Source of the DNA: Acidobacteriota bacterium
GTDB lineage: Bacteria > Acidobacteriota > Vicinamibacteria > Vicinamibacterales > UBA2999
DNA: 64,000 nt
Reading direction: 5' to 3'
Assembly: GCA_046727855.1 (NCBI GenBank)
Contig: JBKPDL010000036.1
Location: 65 to 64,064, forward strand
The notes below the pieces were generated by a model, which saw only the letters and a list, made by a program, of their open reading frames with translations, was not told the DNA's origin and did no database searches. Positions 38,481 through 48,134 of the stretch are shown one piece after another. Every line of letters begins with the position of its first letter. Within the stretch, counting starts at the first letter, position 1. The position numbers were made by a program, and so were the translations under genes.

Positions 38481-39187
38481 CGCGCGCTGCGCCGGCGAGC
38501 GGCCGCCGCGGGATCGTCGAAGTACGCGGTGTACGCTGCCAGCGCGCTTTCGTTGTGCCGCCGGACCGTCTGCTCGAGCCCGAGGAGATCGCGCGATCGC
38601 ATCTGCTGCAGCATGAGGCGATGTTCGGCCTGCGCCGTGGGGGCGCGTCGCACCAGCACGCCGTTGAAGTAATAGCGCCGCACGCGATCCCAGAGATCGA
38701 GCGCGCGCTGCGTCATCTGCTGCAGAATCGGCATGCCGGCGGCGCGGCTGATCGCAACATGAAACTCGGTGTTCAAATCGGCCCAGCGCTGCGGCTTGCC
38801 GGCGGCGAGCGCCTCGTCCATGCTCCGAACGAGCGCCTCGATGGCGTCGAGATCCTCGGCGCTCGCGCGCTCGGCGGCGGCGCGCGTGCCCACGAGTTCG
38901 AGCCCTTCGAGCAGCGTGAACACTTCGAGCACCGAGTCGCGCGAAATCGGCGCCACTGTCGCGCCGACGTGTGCCACGCTCACCACCAGCCCCTCGGATT
39001 GCAGCAGCCGCAGCGCCTCGCGCACCGGGATGATGCTGATGTCGTAGCGCCGTGCGAGTTCGTCGATCACCAGCCGCTCGCCCGGTTTCAGCTCACACGT
39101 CAAAATCGCGTCGCGCAAGGTGGCGTAGACAAACGCCTGCTTGGTAAGGTGACGCGGTTCGGCCGCCGCAATCTTCGCTGCGCTCAT
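38477..39187 (-). CDS. GntR-family transcriptional regulator (FadR/FCD subfamily)
   Basis: 236 aa. [48 protein letters not shown] wHTH plus an all-helical FCD domain. Confidence 0.9.
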   Translation of the reverse strand: MSAAKIAAAEPRHLTKQAFVYATLRDAILTCELKPGERLVIDELARRYDISIIPVREALRLLQSEGLVVSVAHVGATVAPISRDSVLEVFTLLEGLELVGTRAAAERASAEDLDAIEALVRSMDEALAAGKPQRWADLNTEFHVAISRAAGMPILQQMTQRALDLWDRVRRYYFNGVLVRRAPTAQAEHRLMLQQMRSRDLLGLEQTVRRHNESALAAYTAYFDDPAAAARRRSAR

Positions 39188-40485
39188 ATTGCAACTCGAG
39201 TCTTCGCCTCGACCGCCTCGTGGGCGCGGATGCAGGCGCGCGCCGAGTGATAGGCTTTGTCCACGCCGGTTGAAAGCGGCGTCCCCGTACGAATCGCCGA
39301 GCAGAATCCGCGGATCTGCCGCCGTGTTGATTCGCTGCGGTCGACCATCTGGCGTCCGCTCGAACCTTCCGAATTGACTGCCGACGCTCGATTGCCAGCC
39401 TGCGTCTCGGACGCGTCAATCACCGGCCCAGTGCCGCGGGCGGCAACTTCGAGACCGGTGGCGCGATCGCCGGTCCCTTCGTCGAAGAGCATCGCCTCCA
39501 CTTCGCGCCGCAGAATCAACGTGCCCTTCGTCCCCATGTACATCTCGTAGTAATCGTCGAACGCATTCGACTCGATCGACGAGAACACCGCGGTGCGGCC
39601 ACCAGGGTACTCAAACGTGGCATACACGTGATCCCAGGCTTCACGCCCATCCTTGAATCGATAGACGCCGCCGGTTGCGCACACCGCTTCCGGCTGCGCC
39701 TTGTAAACCTGATTCGTGATGTTGATTTGATGGCTGGCGAGCTCGGCGAAGAGGCCCTTCGAGTACTTCCAATACAGACGCCAGTTGAGCAGGTGCTCGA
39801 AGGTGGGATAGCCCCACTGCGACGGGTCATAGTCGGGCGAGGGCGGCTTGCCCTGGCGTCGCCAATTGCCGTTGCGGTGCCATGCCAGGCGCGTGAGATA
39901 GATGTCGCCGAGCGCGCCCTTATCGAAGATGCCCTTGAACGCCGCGTCATAGAGCGTGTTGTAGTTGCGCTGATAACCGATTTCGAGCACGCGGCGATTT
40001 TTCTGGGCCGCCTGCTGCATCCGCTCGCAGCTCGGGATGTCCCACGCCATCATCTTTTCGCAGAGAACGTGTTTGCCGGCGTCGAGACATCCGCCGGCAA
40101 TGTCGGCATGCGCCCACAACGGCGGCGCCATCACCACCGCTTCGATGTCTTCCTTCTCGAGCATCTCCTGCCAGGTGGCGTAGTTGCGCGCGGGTGCCAC
40201 GTTGTTGCTCTTGAGCACCTCGTTGGCACGCGTCAGGGAATCGGGATTGATATCGGCGATCGCGCGGATTTCCGCGTACCCAGTCGGAACCGCGCCCACC
40301 GCCGCGCCGGTCAGCAACACCCGACCTTGTCCACCTACGCCAACGAACCCGAGCCGCACGGGGCCGCCCGGAATCGGCCCGCGAACGGCTGCCGCCGCAC
40401 CAAGCGCCACGAGCGCCGGCGTTCCGGCGAGCACCTTGAGAAAATTCCGGCGACCGGCAGCTTCTTGTTCCGGAGTGAGCATCAT
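39184..40485 (-). CDS. Gfo/Idh/MocA-family oxidoreductase with twin-arginine signal
   Basis: 433 aa. [26 protein letters not shown] leader, [12 protein letters not shown] Rossmann start, EKMMA motif. Confidence 0.85.
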   Translation of the reverse strand: MMLTPEQEAAGRRNFLKVLAGTPALVALGAAAAVRGPIPGGPVRLGFVGVGGQGRVLLTGAAVGAVPTGYAEIRAIADINPDSLTRANEVLKSNNVAPARNYATWQEMLEKEDIEAVVMAPPLWAHADIAGGCLDAGKHVLCEKMMAWDIPSCERMQQAAQKNRRVLEIGYQRNYNTLYDAAFKGIFDKGALGDIYLTRLAWHRNGNWRRQGKPPSPDYDPSQWGYPTFEHLLNWRLYWKYSKGLFAELASHQINITNQVYKAQPEAVCATGGVYRFKDGREAWDHVYATFEYPGGRTAVFSSIESNAFDDYYEMYMGTKGTLILRREVEAMLFDEGTGDRATGLEVAARGTGPVIDASETQAGNRASAVNSEGSSGRQMVDRSESTRRQIRGFCSAIRTGTPLSTGVDKAYHSARACIRAHEAVEAKTRVAI

Positions 40486-40961
40486 CGCGTGACCTCGCGA
40501 ATAGGAAAAAGCAACAGCACCACGACGGCGGCCGCTTCAATCAGGTTCTTGTTGACCAAAAGGTAAGCACCTTCGGCGCGCGGCTCGGGTATGCCCGACA
40601 TGGGAATGGCGGAGAGATAAAACAACGTCAGCAGCGCGAGCGCGCCGATACATCCCGCCCGCGTGAAGATCCCCAGGAGCAGCGACAAACCGACGACGAC
40701 GAGCGCGAGTGCGACAATCACGTCGAGCGTGCCAATCCAGGGTGAGTTGCCCAGAGCGTGAAAGATGCCGGCGAACGGTCCCGTGGCCGCGCGCAAGTAG
40801 CCGGCGGCGCTCCACGCTTCGAGGGGGACACCATCGCGTCCCCATGCCGGGCGCAACAGTTTGTAGTAGCCCTCGTACAGAAAATGCCAGCCGATGAGCG
40901 TGCGCAACACGACGAGCGCCAGGTATTGCCGGCCGGTGACGACCGATGCGACAGTGCTCAC
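40482..40961 (-). CDS. DoxX-family integral membrane protein
   Basis: 159 aa, 4 [24 protein letters not shown] is the typical DoxX N-terminus. Confidence 0.75.
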   Translation of the reverse strand: MSTVASVVTGRQYLALVVLRTLIGWHFLYEGYYKLLRPAWGRDGVPLEAWSAAGYLRAATGPFAGIFHALGNSPWIGTLDVIVALALVVVGLSLLLGIFTRAGCIGALALLTLFYLSAIPMSGIPEPRAEGAYLLVNKNLIEAAAVVVLLLFPIREVTR

Positions 40962-41959
40962 GCGATCTCCACGTCTGCGCCCGGGTACTCGCCAATCACG
41001 ACGGGCCGGCGCTCGCCTTCGTCAGGGACGAAGACGACGAGCGTGAATGGATAGGCAGCGCAATAGCGCCGCGCGAGATCGAGGCCGCCAACAAAAAACG
41101 CCGTGGAGAGCGCGTCGGCAACGGCGGCTTCAGTGCTGAAGACGCTCACGCTCAACGCGCCCTGCGCGGGCCAGCCGGTTCGCGGATCGATGACATGACC
41201 GTAGCGCTTGCCGTCGATCTCGAAATACTGCTCGCCGGCGCCGCTTGTGGCCAACGCGCCGTAGTGCAGCACGAGGTGCGCGAACGGCCGATCGAGGCGC
41301 GGCGACGACAGGCTGATCGGCCAGCCGCCCGCGGGGGTGCCGATTGCGCGAATGCTGCTGTGGCCGGCGGACAAGAGCGCGCGCGATACGCCGTTGCGCC
41401 GCAGCGTGTCGGCGACGCGATCGAGCGCCCATCCCTTGCCGATGGCGCCGAGGTTCAGTTCAACGCCAGCTCGATTGAAGCGCACCGTGCGCCGCGTTCG
41501 CTCGAGCACGACGTGGCGCATTCCCACGACATCTCGCGCGACGCCGATTTCGTCTGCTGTTGGCAGGCGGCCTTCTCTTCGAAGAAACCCCCAGCACCTG
41601 CTGAGCGGTGTCGAGGTTACGTCGAACGCGCCATCGGTGATGTCGTGAAGGCTGCGGCAACGCTGCAGCAGATCGAATAAATCGTCGTCGACAGTGACGG
41701 GATGGCTCGCGGCCGTGCGGTTGACCTGTGTCACCGTGCTCGATTCACGGAACACGGTTAGATGTGCTTCGATGGCGTCGATCTGATCGAGTGCCGCGCG
41801 CGCGGCCGCCACGTCTCCCGCGTCCTCACCGGCGAGCGTGATTTCAAACCGGCACGCCATGGCGCGGCGATGGACGCGCAGCCAGTAGTCGCTTGCCGCC
41901 TGGTACGTGTCCCGGCGCACGAGGTCGCGGCGGGAGATGACAGAAAGAGGTGGCGCCAT
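40958..41959 (-). CDS. apbE: FAD:protein FMN transferase (ApbE family), no signal peptide or lipobox visible
   Basis: 333 aa. [33 protein letters not shown] and [11 protein letters not shown] are ApbE blocks. The N-terminus [20 protein letters not shown] is hydrophilic. Confidence 0.85.
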   Translation of the reverse strand: MAPPLSVISRRDLVRRDTYQAASDYWLRVHRRAMACRFEITLAGEDAGDVAAARAALDQIDAIEAHLTVFRESSTVTQVNRTAASHPVTVDDDLFDLLQRCRSLHDITDGAFDVTSTPLSRCWGFLRREGRLPTADEIGVARDVVGMRHVVLERTRRTVRFNRAGVELNLGAIGKGWALDRVADTLRRNGVSRALLSAGHSSIRAIGTPAGGWPISLSSPRLDRPFAHLVLHYGALATSGAGEQYFEIDGKRYGHVIDPRTGWPAQGALSVSVFSTEAAVADALSTAFFVGGLDLARRYCAAYPFTLVVFVPDEGERRPVVIGEYPGADVEIA

Positions 41960-42006
41960 GCGCTCGTTGGCTGAGTGAGCGGGACGATCATATATGATAT
42001 GCGCCC

Positions 42007-43401
42007 GTGACGCGGACCCGCGCCGACGTGCATTCCCGTTACTCCCCTGCGTCGCTCCTTCCTCGCATCGAGCGCATGTTTGCGCTCTCGGCCGGCAAGA
42101 TCCTGAGTCTTGAAGGGTCCTGGAATCCGCGCGACGGCGCGCCCGTGTTCACCGTCGAGGGACGCTATCGCACGCGCGGGTGGACGCAGTGGACCGAAGG
42201 ATTTCAATACGGCTCGGCGCTGCTGCAATTCGATGCGAGTGGCGATACGTCGTTCCTCGATCTCGGCCGGTCGCGAACCGTCGAGCGGATGTCGCCGCAT
42301 CTCACACACACCGGCGTTCACGATCACGGGTTCAACAACGTCAGCACCTACGGCGCGCTCTGGCGTCTCGCACACGAGAGACGAATCAACGCCTCGGAGT
42401 GGGAAGTGCGCTTCTACGAGCTGGCGCTCAAAGCAAGCGGCGCGGTCCAGGCGAGCCGGTGGACTCCCCTTCCGTCCGGAGGCTTCATTCATTCGTTCAA
42501 CGGCGCGCATTCGCTGTTCGTTGATACGATCCGCTCGCTTCGCGCGCTGGCACTCGCGCATCAGCTCGGGCAGCGGCTGCTCGGCGAGCAGGACAAGACG
42601 ATCAACCTGCTCGACCGTCTGCTGCACCACGCGCACGCAACTGCGGAGCATAACGTGTGGTACGGGCGTGCAGACGATGTTTACGACGTTCGCGGCCGCG
42701 TAGCGCACGAGAGCATGTTCAACGTGGCGAGCGGCACCTATCGCGGACCGAGCACGCAGCAAGGCTATTCGCCGTTCTCGACATGGACGCGCGGTCTCGC
42801 GTGGGCGATGCTCGGGTTCACCGAGCTGATCGAGTTTCTCGCCACCATCCCTGATCAGCAGTTTGCGGCGCACGGCAACCGAGCCGAGGTGAATCGCTGG
42901 ATGCTCGACGCCGCGCTGGCGACGTGCGATTTCTATCTCGATCACGCCGCGGCAGCCGACGGCGTGCCGTATTGGGACACGGGTGCGCCCGGCCTCGCGA
43001 TGCTCGGCGATTGGAGAAGGCGTCCGTCGGATCCGTTCAACGATCACGAACCGGTTGACAGCTCCGCGGCGGCAATCGCCGCACAGGGACTGTTGCGGCT
43101 CGGCCGTATCCTGCAGCTGCGCGGGCGGGACGGCACGCGTTACGAACAGGGCGGCTATCGAGTGCTCGACACGCTCCTCGGCGAACCGTATCTGAGCACC
43201 GACGTGGAGCACCAGGGACTATTACTGCACGCCGTCTACCATCGTCCGAACGGCTGGGATCACGTGCCGGCCGGCGCGCGCATTCCGCGCGGCGAGTCGT
43301 GCATGTGGGGCGACTACCATTTTCGCGAGCTTGCGCTCTACGTGCAGCGTCTCGCCACCAGCGGCCCTTACTTGACGTTCTTCGGACCTGCCGATCGATG
43401 A
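42007..43401 (+). CDS. glycoside hydrolase family 88-like (unsaturated glucuronyl/uronyl hydrolase type)
   Basis: 464 aa. GWTQWTEGFQYG..., THTGVHDHGFNNVSTYG and QQGYSPFSTWTRGLAWAMLGFTE fit the GH88 (alpha/alpha)6 pattern. GTG start uncertain. Confidence 0.65.
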   Translation: MTRTRADVHSRYSPASLLPRIERMFALSAGKILSLEGSWNPRDGAPVFTVEGRYRTRGWTQWTEGFQYGSALLQFDASGDTSFLDLGRSRTVERMSPHLTHTGVHDHGFNNVSTYGALWRLAHERRINASEWEVRFYELALKASGAVQASRWTPLPSGGFIHSFNGAHSLFVDTIRSLRALALAHQLGQRLLGEQDKTINLLDRLLHHAHATAEHNVWYGRADDVYDVRGRVAHESMFNVASGTYRGPSTQQGYSPFSTWTRGLAWAMLGFTELIEFLATIPDQQFAAHGNRAEVNRWMLDAALATCDFYLDHAAAADGVPYWDTGAPGLAMLGDWRRRPSDPFNDHEPVDSSAAAIAAQGLLRLGRILQLRGRDGTRYEQGGYRVLDTLLGEPYLSTDVEHQGLLLHAVYHRPNGWDHVPAGARIPRGESCMWGDYHFRELALYVQRLATSGPYLTFFGPADR

Positions 43402-44177
43402 CAGCCGCGAGGCGCGCTGCGCTCGTCACCGGCGGAACGCGCGGGATCGGACTGGGCATTGCGCGGGCGCTCGCGCGCGAGCACTGGGATCTGGCGCTCT
43501 GCGGCGTGCGGGCTGAGAACGAGGTAGGTGCCACCCTCGACGAGCTGCGGAACGATGGCGGCCGCGTCGAGTACGTGCAGGCGGATGTCGCGAGCGTTTC
43601 TGCGCGGGAGGCGCTTCTGACCAGTGTGCGCTCGTCGTTTGACGTCGTGCACGCGCTCGTCAACAACGCCGGTCGTGCGCCGCGCGTGCGGGCCGACCTC
43701 CTCGAGGCGTCGGAGGAGAGCTTCGAGGAGTTGATCCACACCAATCTGCAAGGACCTTACTTTCTGACGCAGGCGGTGGCGCGGGACATGATTGACCGGC
43801 GCCGGCGCGATCCGCAGTTTGCCGGCGTTATCGTCTTCGTGACTTCCGTTTCATCCGAGTTCGCTTCGGTCAATCGCGGCGATTACTGCGTCAGCAAGGC
43901 GGGCCTCTCGATGACCGCACGCCTCTTCGCCAGCCGGCTGGCGAGTGAAGGCGTGTCGGTCTACGAAGTCCGGCCCGGGATCGTCGACACCGACATGACC
44001 GCGCGCGTGAAAGAGCTCTACGACAAACGGATCGCGGACGGCCTTGTACCGGAGAGACGCTGGGGCCAGCCTGCGGACGTAGGCCGGGTCGTCGCAGCGC
44101 TACTGCGCGGCGATCTGCCGTACACAACTGGATCCGTGATCAACGTCGACGGCGGGTTCTCGCTACCGCGCTTGTAG
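43398..44177 (+). CDS. SDR-family oxidoreductase
   Basis: ATG 43398 (ATGA overlap) within ORF 43299..44177. AALVTGGTRGIGLGIARAL, YCVSKAGLSMTARLFA. Confidence 0.85.
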   Translation: MTAARRAALVTGGTRGIGLGIARALAREHWDLALCGVRAENEVGATLDELRNDGGRVEYVQADVASVSAREALLTSVRSSFDVVHALVNNAGRAPRVRADLLEASEESFEELIHTNLQGPYFLTQAVARDMIDRRRRDPQFAGVIVFVTSVSSEFASVNRGDYCVSKAGLSMTARLFASRLASEGVSVYEVRPGIVDTDMTARVKELYDKRIADGLVPERRWGQPADVGRVVAALLRGDLPYTTGSVINVDGGFSLPRL

Positions 44178-44191
44178 CCACAGACGCGCTT

Positions 44192-45349
44192 TTGGCAGTC
44201 GGCACAACTACTCGTCAACCCGACTATGATCGACGCGAGGTGAACGATCTCCGCAATCGCTTTGCCGCGCGTTTCGGCGGCGAGGCTACGGTCTATCAGG
44301 CGCCCGGCCGGGTGAACCTGATTGGCGAACATACCGATTACAACGACGGCTTCGTAATGCCCGTCACGATCGATCGGTCGACTTATGCCGCCGTCGCATG
44401 CCGGCCCGATCGCCGGCTCGTCGTCCATTCCGCGACGATTGACAGGACCGCCGACGCGTCGCTCGACGCGCTCGTGCCGCAAAGACGCTGGAGCGATTAT
44501 GTGTTCGGCGTCGCGGCCATGCTGCTCTCGCACGGCGTGCCCGTGAACGGCGCCAACCTGCTGATCGACAGCGACGTACCGTTAGGCGCCGGGTTGAGCT
44601 CTTCGGCGGCGCTCGAAGTCGCGGTTGCCCGGGCGTTGCTTGGAATTTCGGGACGCGAGCTCGGACGAGGCGACCTGGCGCGGCTATGCCAGCGTGCGGA
44701 GAACGAATTCGTCGGCGCGCGTTGCGGCATCATGGACCAGTTTGTCTCTCTGCACGGCGCGCCCGGTCACGCACTTCTTCTCGATTGCCGCTCGCTCGAC
44801 TACTCGCTCATCCCGCTTCCGTCAGATGTGCGCGTCGTCGTCTGCAACAGCATGGTGCGCCACTCGGTTGCCGCGGGCGAATACAACGCCCGGCGCGCGG
44901 ACTGCGAAGCGGCCGCGCGCGCGATGGCGACCAGGACACCGCACGTGCGCGCGTTGCGTGATGTGACGGCCGCAGATCTCGAGCAGCACCGCGACGTGCT
45001 CACGCCAGGACAACTGCGGCGCGCGCGCCACGTCATTTCAGAAAACGCGCGCGTTCTTGCCATGGCGCCGGCGCTGCCGCGCGGCGACTTCAACACGATC
45101 GGCCGCGTGATGCACGAATCGCACGAGTCATTACGCGGCGATTTCGAAGTGAGCTGCAGTGAGCTCGATGCGCTCGTCGAGTTGGCGGGTGACATTCCGG
45201 GCGCGAAGGGCGCACGCATGACGGGCGGTGGCTTCGGCGGATGTACGGTGAATCTCGTCGCGAGCGAAGCCTTGACGGCGTTCTGCGAGCGAATTACGGC
45301 GGAATATCAACTACGGACGAACGTTCGACCGGACGTGTACACAGTATGA
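44192..45349 (+). CDS. galK: galactokinase
   Basis: 385 aa. APGRVNLIGEHTDYNDGFVMP, GAGLSSSAALEVA and MTGGGFGGCTVNLV are GHMP/GalK signatures. Start is TTG 44192 or GTG 44240. Confidence 0.9.
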   Translation: MAVGTTTRQPDYDRREVNDLRNRFAARFGGEATVYQAPGRVNLIGEHTDYNDGFVMPVTIDRSTYAAVACRPDRRLVVHSATIDRTADASLDALVPQRRWSDYVFGVAAMLLSHGVPVNGANLLIDSDVPLGAGLSSSAALEVAVARALLGISGRELGRGDLARLCQRAENEFVGARCGIMDQFVSLHGAPGHALLLDCRSLDYSLIPLPSDVRVVVCNSMVRHSVAAGEYNARRADCEAAARAMATRTPHVRALRDVTAADLEQHRDVLTPGQLRRARHVISENARVLAMAPALPRGDFNTIGRVMHESHESLRGDFEVSCSELDALVELAGDIPGAKGARMTGGGFGGCTVNLVASEALTAFCERITAEYQLRTNVRPDVYTV

Positions 45350-46422
45350 GTTCTCTCGACTTGCGCTCCGACGTGCATCGACGGCTCAATCCGCTGACAG
45401 GTGATTGGGTGCTGGTGTCGCCGCACCGCGCCGCTCGGCCGTGGCAAGGACACGTCGACACCACACCTGTCGAATCCATTGCCGAGTTCGACCCCGCGTG
45501 TTACATGTGTCCCGGCAATGTGCGCGCGAACGGCCAAGCGAACCCTGCCTATCGATCGGTCTTCGTCTTCGACAACGACTTCCCCGCGCTCCGGCCAGAC
45601 ACGACGCGCGACAGTTTTTCCGATCACGAGCTCCTCGTCGCGACCGGTGAACCCGGCATCTGTCGAGTGGTTTGCTTTTCGCCCCGGCATGATCTGACGC
45701 TCGCGCGGATGTCGCGGTCCGAGATCCGGCAGGTGATCGACGTCTGGACCGGGCAGGCCGCCGAAATCGCGCAAACGCCCGGCATCCAATACGTGCAGGT
45801 GTTTGAAAACCGCGGCGCCATCATGGGCGCGAGCAATCCACATCCCCACTGCCAGATTTGGGCAACGGCCCATTTGCCAAACGAAGTCATGAAGGAGCAC
45901 GCGAATCTGCAGCGCCATTTCGACGGCTACGGTTCGGATCTGCTCGGCGACTACCTCGCTATCGAACAGCAACGCGGCGAGCGCATGGTGTGCGAGAACG
46001 CGCACTTTACGGCGCTGGTACCGTTCTGGGCGCTATGGCCTTTCGAGACGATGCTGATCGCGAAACACCGTGTCACCGATTTCAGTGAACTGACCGACGC
46101 CGGAAGGGATGGCCTCGCGGATCTGTTGAAACGTTTGCTGACGCGCTACGACAACCTGTTTGAATCGTCGTGTGCGTACTCGATGGGCTTTCACCTCAGG
46201 CCGGCGCATATGGCGGATGCGCGGCACTGGCGGCTGCACGCGCACGTCTATCCCCCGGTCCTGCGGTCCGCCACAATCAGGAAGTTCATGGTGGGATACG
46301 AGATGCTCGGAACACCCCAGCGCGACCTTACTGCGGAAGGCGCGGCCGAGCGTTTGCGAAGCCTTCCCGATCGCCACTACCGTGAGGGCACGCAAGGCTT
46401 GCCGCTTCGCGCCGATTCGTAG
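45346..46422 (+). CDS. galT: galactose-1-phosphate uridylyltransferase
   Basis: ATG 45346 (ATGA overlap with galK). RLNPLTGDWVLVSPHRAARPWQG, CYMCPGN and SNPHPHCQIWA (HPH active site). Confidence 0.9.
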   Translation: MSSLDLRSDVHRRLNPLTGDWVLVSPHRAARPWQGHVDTTPVESIAEFDPACYMCPGNVRANGQANPAYRSVFVFDNDFPALRPDTTRDSFSDHELLVATGEPGICRVVCFSPRHDLTLARMSRSEIRQVIDVWTGQAAEIAQTPGIQYVQVFENRGAIMGASNPHPHCQIWATAHLPNEVMKEHANLQRHFDGYGSDLLGDYLAIEQQRGERMVCENAHFTALVPFWALWPFETMLIAKHRVTDFSELTDAGRDGLADLLKRLLTRYDNLFESSCAYSMGFHLRPAHMADARHWRLHAHVYPPVLRSATIRKFMVGYEMLGTPQRDLTAEGAAERLRSLPDRHYREGTQGLPLRADS

Positions 46423-47393
46423 ATCGCTTCGACCACCGCAACGCTGCGCCGCCCTTCTTCCCCGCTGCAGGCAGGCTCGCGGTTCGAGCGAATCGCCGCG
46501 ATGAAATCCTCGAACACGCGGCGATGCGGTCCTACGTCGCCGACCACCGGCGACGATTGACTGACGTTCGCGGACGCTGCTGTCTGGTGCAGCTCGCCGA
46601 GCGGCCTGCGGAGATCGGCGGACACAAGCTGATCGCCGTCCACGATCAGCGTGCCTTCGGTTCCCGTGATCTCGAGACGGCGAGGATATCCGGGATACGC
46701 CGCGGTCGTTGCTTCGAGTGTCGCCAAGGCGCCGCCGGCAAACTCCAGTGTGGCAACCACAGTGTCCTCAACTTCAATCGTATGCAGTGCGGCTGCGGTC
46801 CTCGCGCTGACGGACACGATCGGTCCAAGCAGCCACAGCAGCATGTCAACGGTGTGGATGCCTTGATTCATCAGCGCGCCGCCGCCGTCGAGCGCCCAGG
46901 TGCCGCGCCATTTCGACGCCGCGTAATACTCAGGCGCGCGATACCACTTCACGCGCGCGCTGGCGAGAATGGGACGACCAATCCGCCCTTCGCGAATCAG
47001 TTGCCTGACGCGTAACAGATCCGGCTTGAGTCGATCCTGAAAGAACACACCCAACCGCACACCGGCGGTGTGGGCGTCGGCAATCGCCTGGTCGACGCGT
47101 GCGACGGAAATATCCACCGGCTTCTCCACCAGCACGTGCAGGCCATGGCGCGCGGCAAGAGCAATGTGCAAGGCGTGAAGACCTGATGGACTGCCGACGG
47201 CAACGAGATCCATCGGGCGCTGCCTGAAGAAACGATCGACATCGTCGTACGGAGTCGCGCCGTGCTCGCGCGCAATCGCGGCCGTCTTTTCGGCGTTGGT
47301 GCCGCAAACGGCCGCGACCGCGCAGCCCGCAGCCGCGGCCGCGCGCGCATGGGTTGTGCTGATGTTGCCGCCGCCCAGGATGCCGACGTGCAC
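46377..47393 (-). CDS. Gfo/Idh/MocA-family oxidoreductase (cytoplasmic)
   Basis: 338 aa. MHVGILGGGNISTTHARAA Rossmann start, VLVEKPV motif. 3' end overlaps the galT 3' end (convergent). Confidence 0.85.
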   Translation of the reverse strand: MHVGILGGGNISTTHARAAAAAGCAVAAVCGTNAEKTAAIAREHGATPYDDVDRFFRQRPMDLVAVGSPSGLHALHIALAARHGLHVLVEKPVDISVARVDQAIADAHTAGVRLGVFFQDRLKPDLLRVRQLIREGRIGRPILASARVKWYRAPEYYAASKWRGTWALDGGGALMNQGIHTVDMLLWLLGPIVSVSARTAAALHTIEVEDTVVATLEFAGGALATLEATTAAYPGYPRRLEITGTEGTLIVDGDQLVSADLRRPLGELHQTAASANVSQSSPVVGDVGPHRRVFEDFIAAIRSNREPACSGEEGRRSVAVVEAIYESARSGKPCVPSR

Positions 47394-47397
47394 CGGA

Positions 47398-48039
47398 CTA
47401 TTTTCGTCCGGTCACTTCGATGGAGCGAAACTCACCGGTCTCGTCGAAGGATCCGACGCCGACTCGCCCCGACGTCAGCGTTTTATCCGTCGCCGATAAC
47501 GCCGGCGCCTTGTCGTCGTCCACGAACACGAGAATGCTGCCAGTCGTCACGTTGCGCTCGAGACGAACGCGGTGCCACGCCTGGTCCACCAGACGGGGAC
47601 GCGACGTGGGTTCGTCGATACGGCGGCGATCGGCGTTGTTCACCAGAAAAATCCCGTTGTGAACCGGATCCGTCTTTGCGCCGAGGTGGACGTAATAGAA
47701 CTGAGTAGGTGACTGATACCCGACAATCAGCTGGACGTCGCGCACCGCCAGGTCCACCGGCGCCGTCGACCGAACTTCTGCAGTGAGCGTGAGATCCGTC
47801 AGCGGTTCGCTCTTGAGGATGGCGAGCGCTGCGGGACGCCGAATCGGCCCGCCGGGCACGCCGGCCTTATCGAGCACGAGGCTGCGATCGCGAACGGTCC
47901 ACGTGCCGTTGCCGTCGAGATCGAAATCGGCCAGGCCGCGCCGATCCGAAAGCGCGGGTTTCACTCTGGCCGTTGGAACGGCTTGCGCGATCACGCTGAG
48001 ACCAACGACCGACAGAACTGCGAGTGCTCCATGCATCAT
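47398..48039 (-). CDS. secreted concanavalin-like (LamG/DUF1080-like) protein
   Basis: ATG 48039 (MMHGALAVLSVVGLSVIAQA signal) within ORF 47398..48177. WTVRDRSLVLDKAG...AWHRVRLERN...GRVGVGSFDETGEFRSIEV resembles jelly-roll lectin/glucanase-fold proteins. Confidence 0.5.
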   Translation of the reverse strand: MMHGALAVLSVVGLSVIAQAVPTARVKPALSDRRGLADFDLDGNGTWTVRDRSLVLDKAGVPGGPIRRPAALAILKSEPLTDLTLTAEVRSTAPVDLAVRDVQLIVGYQSPTQFYYVHLGAKTDPVHNGIFLVNNADRRRIDEPTSRPRLVDQAWHRVRLERNVTTGSILVFVDDDKAPALSATDKTLTSGRVGVGSFDETGEFRSIEVTGRK

Positions 48040-48134
48040 TCGCAACTCGACTCTTCCGCTTTGCGGGCGTCTATGATAATACGAGCGCTGCAAGTGGTAT
48101 GACCAATTTCCCTGTTGCCTTTGGAGGATCCCGT

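Noticed and set aside
48040-48134. Riboswitch (for example cobalamin) in the leaders of the two TonB-dependent receptor genes (also 61852-62016)
   Set aside because: The leaders are short (~95 and ~165 nt) and I see no B12-box-like or other conserved riboswitch core. Nothing here can be supported without a covariance-model search.
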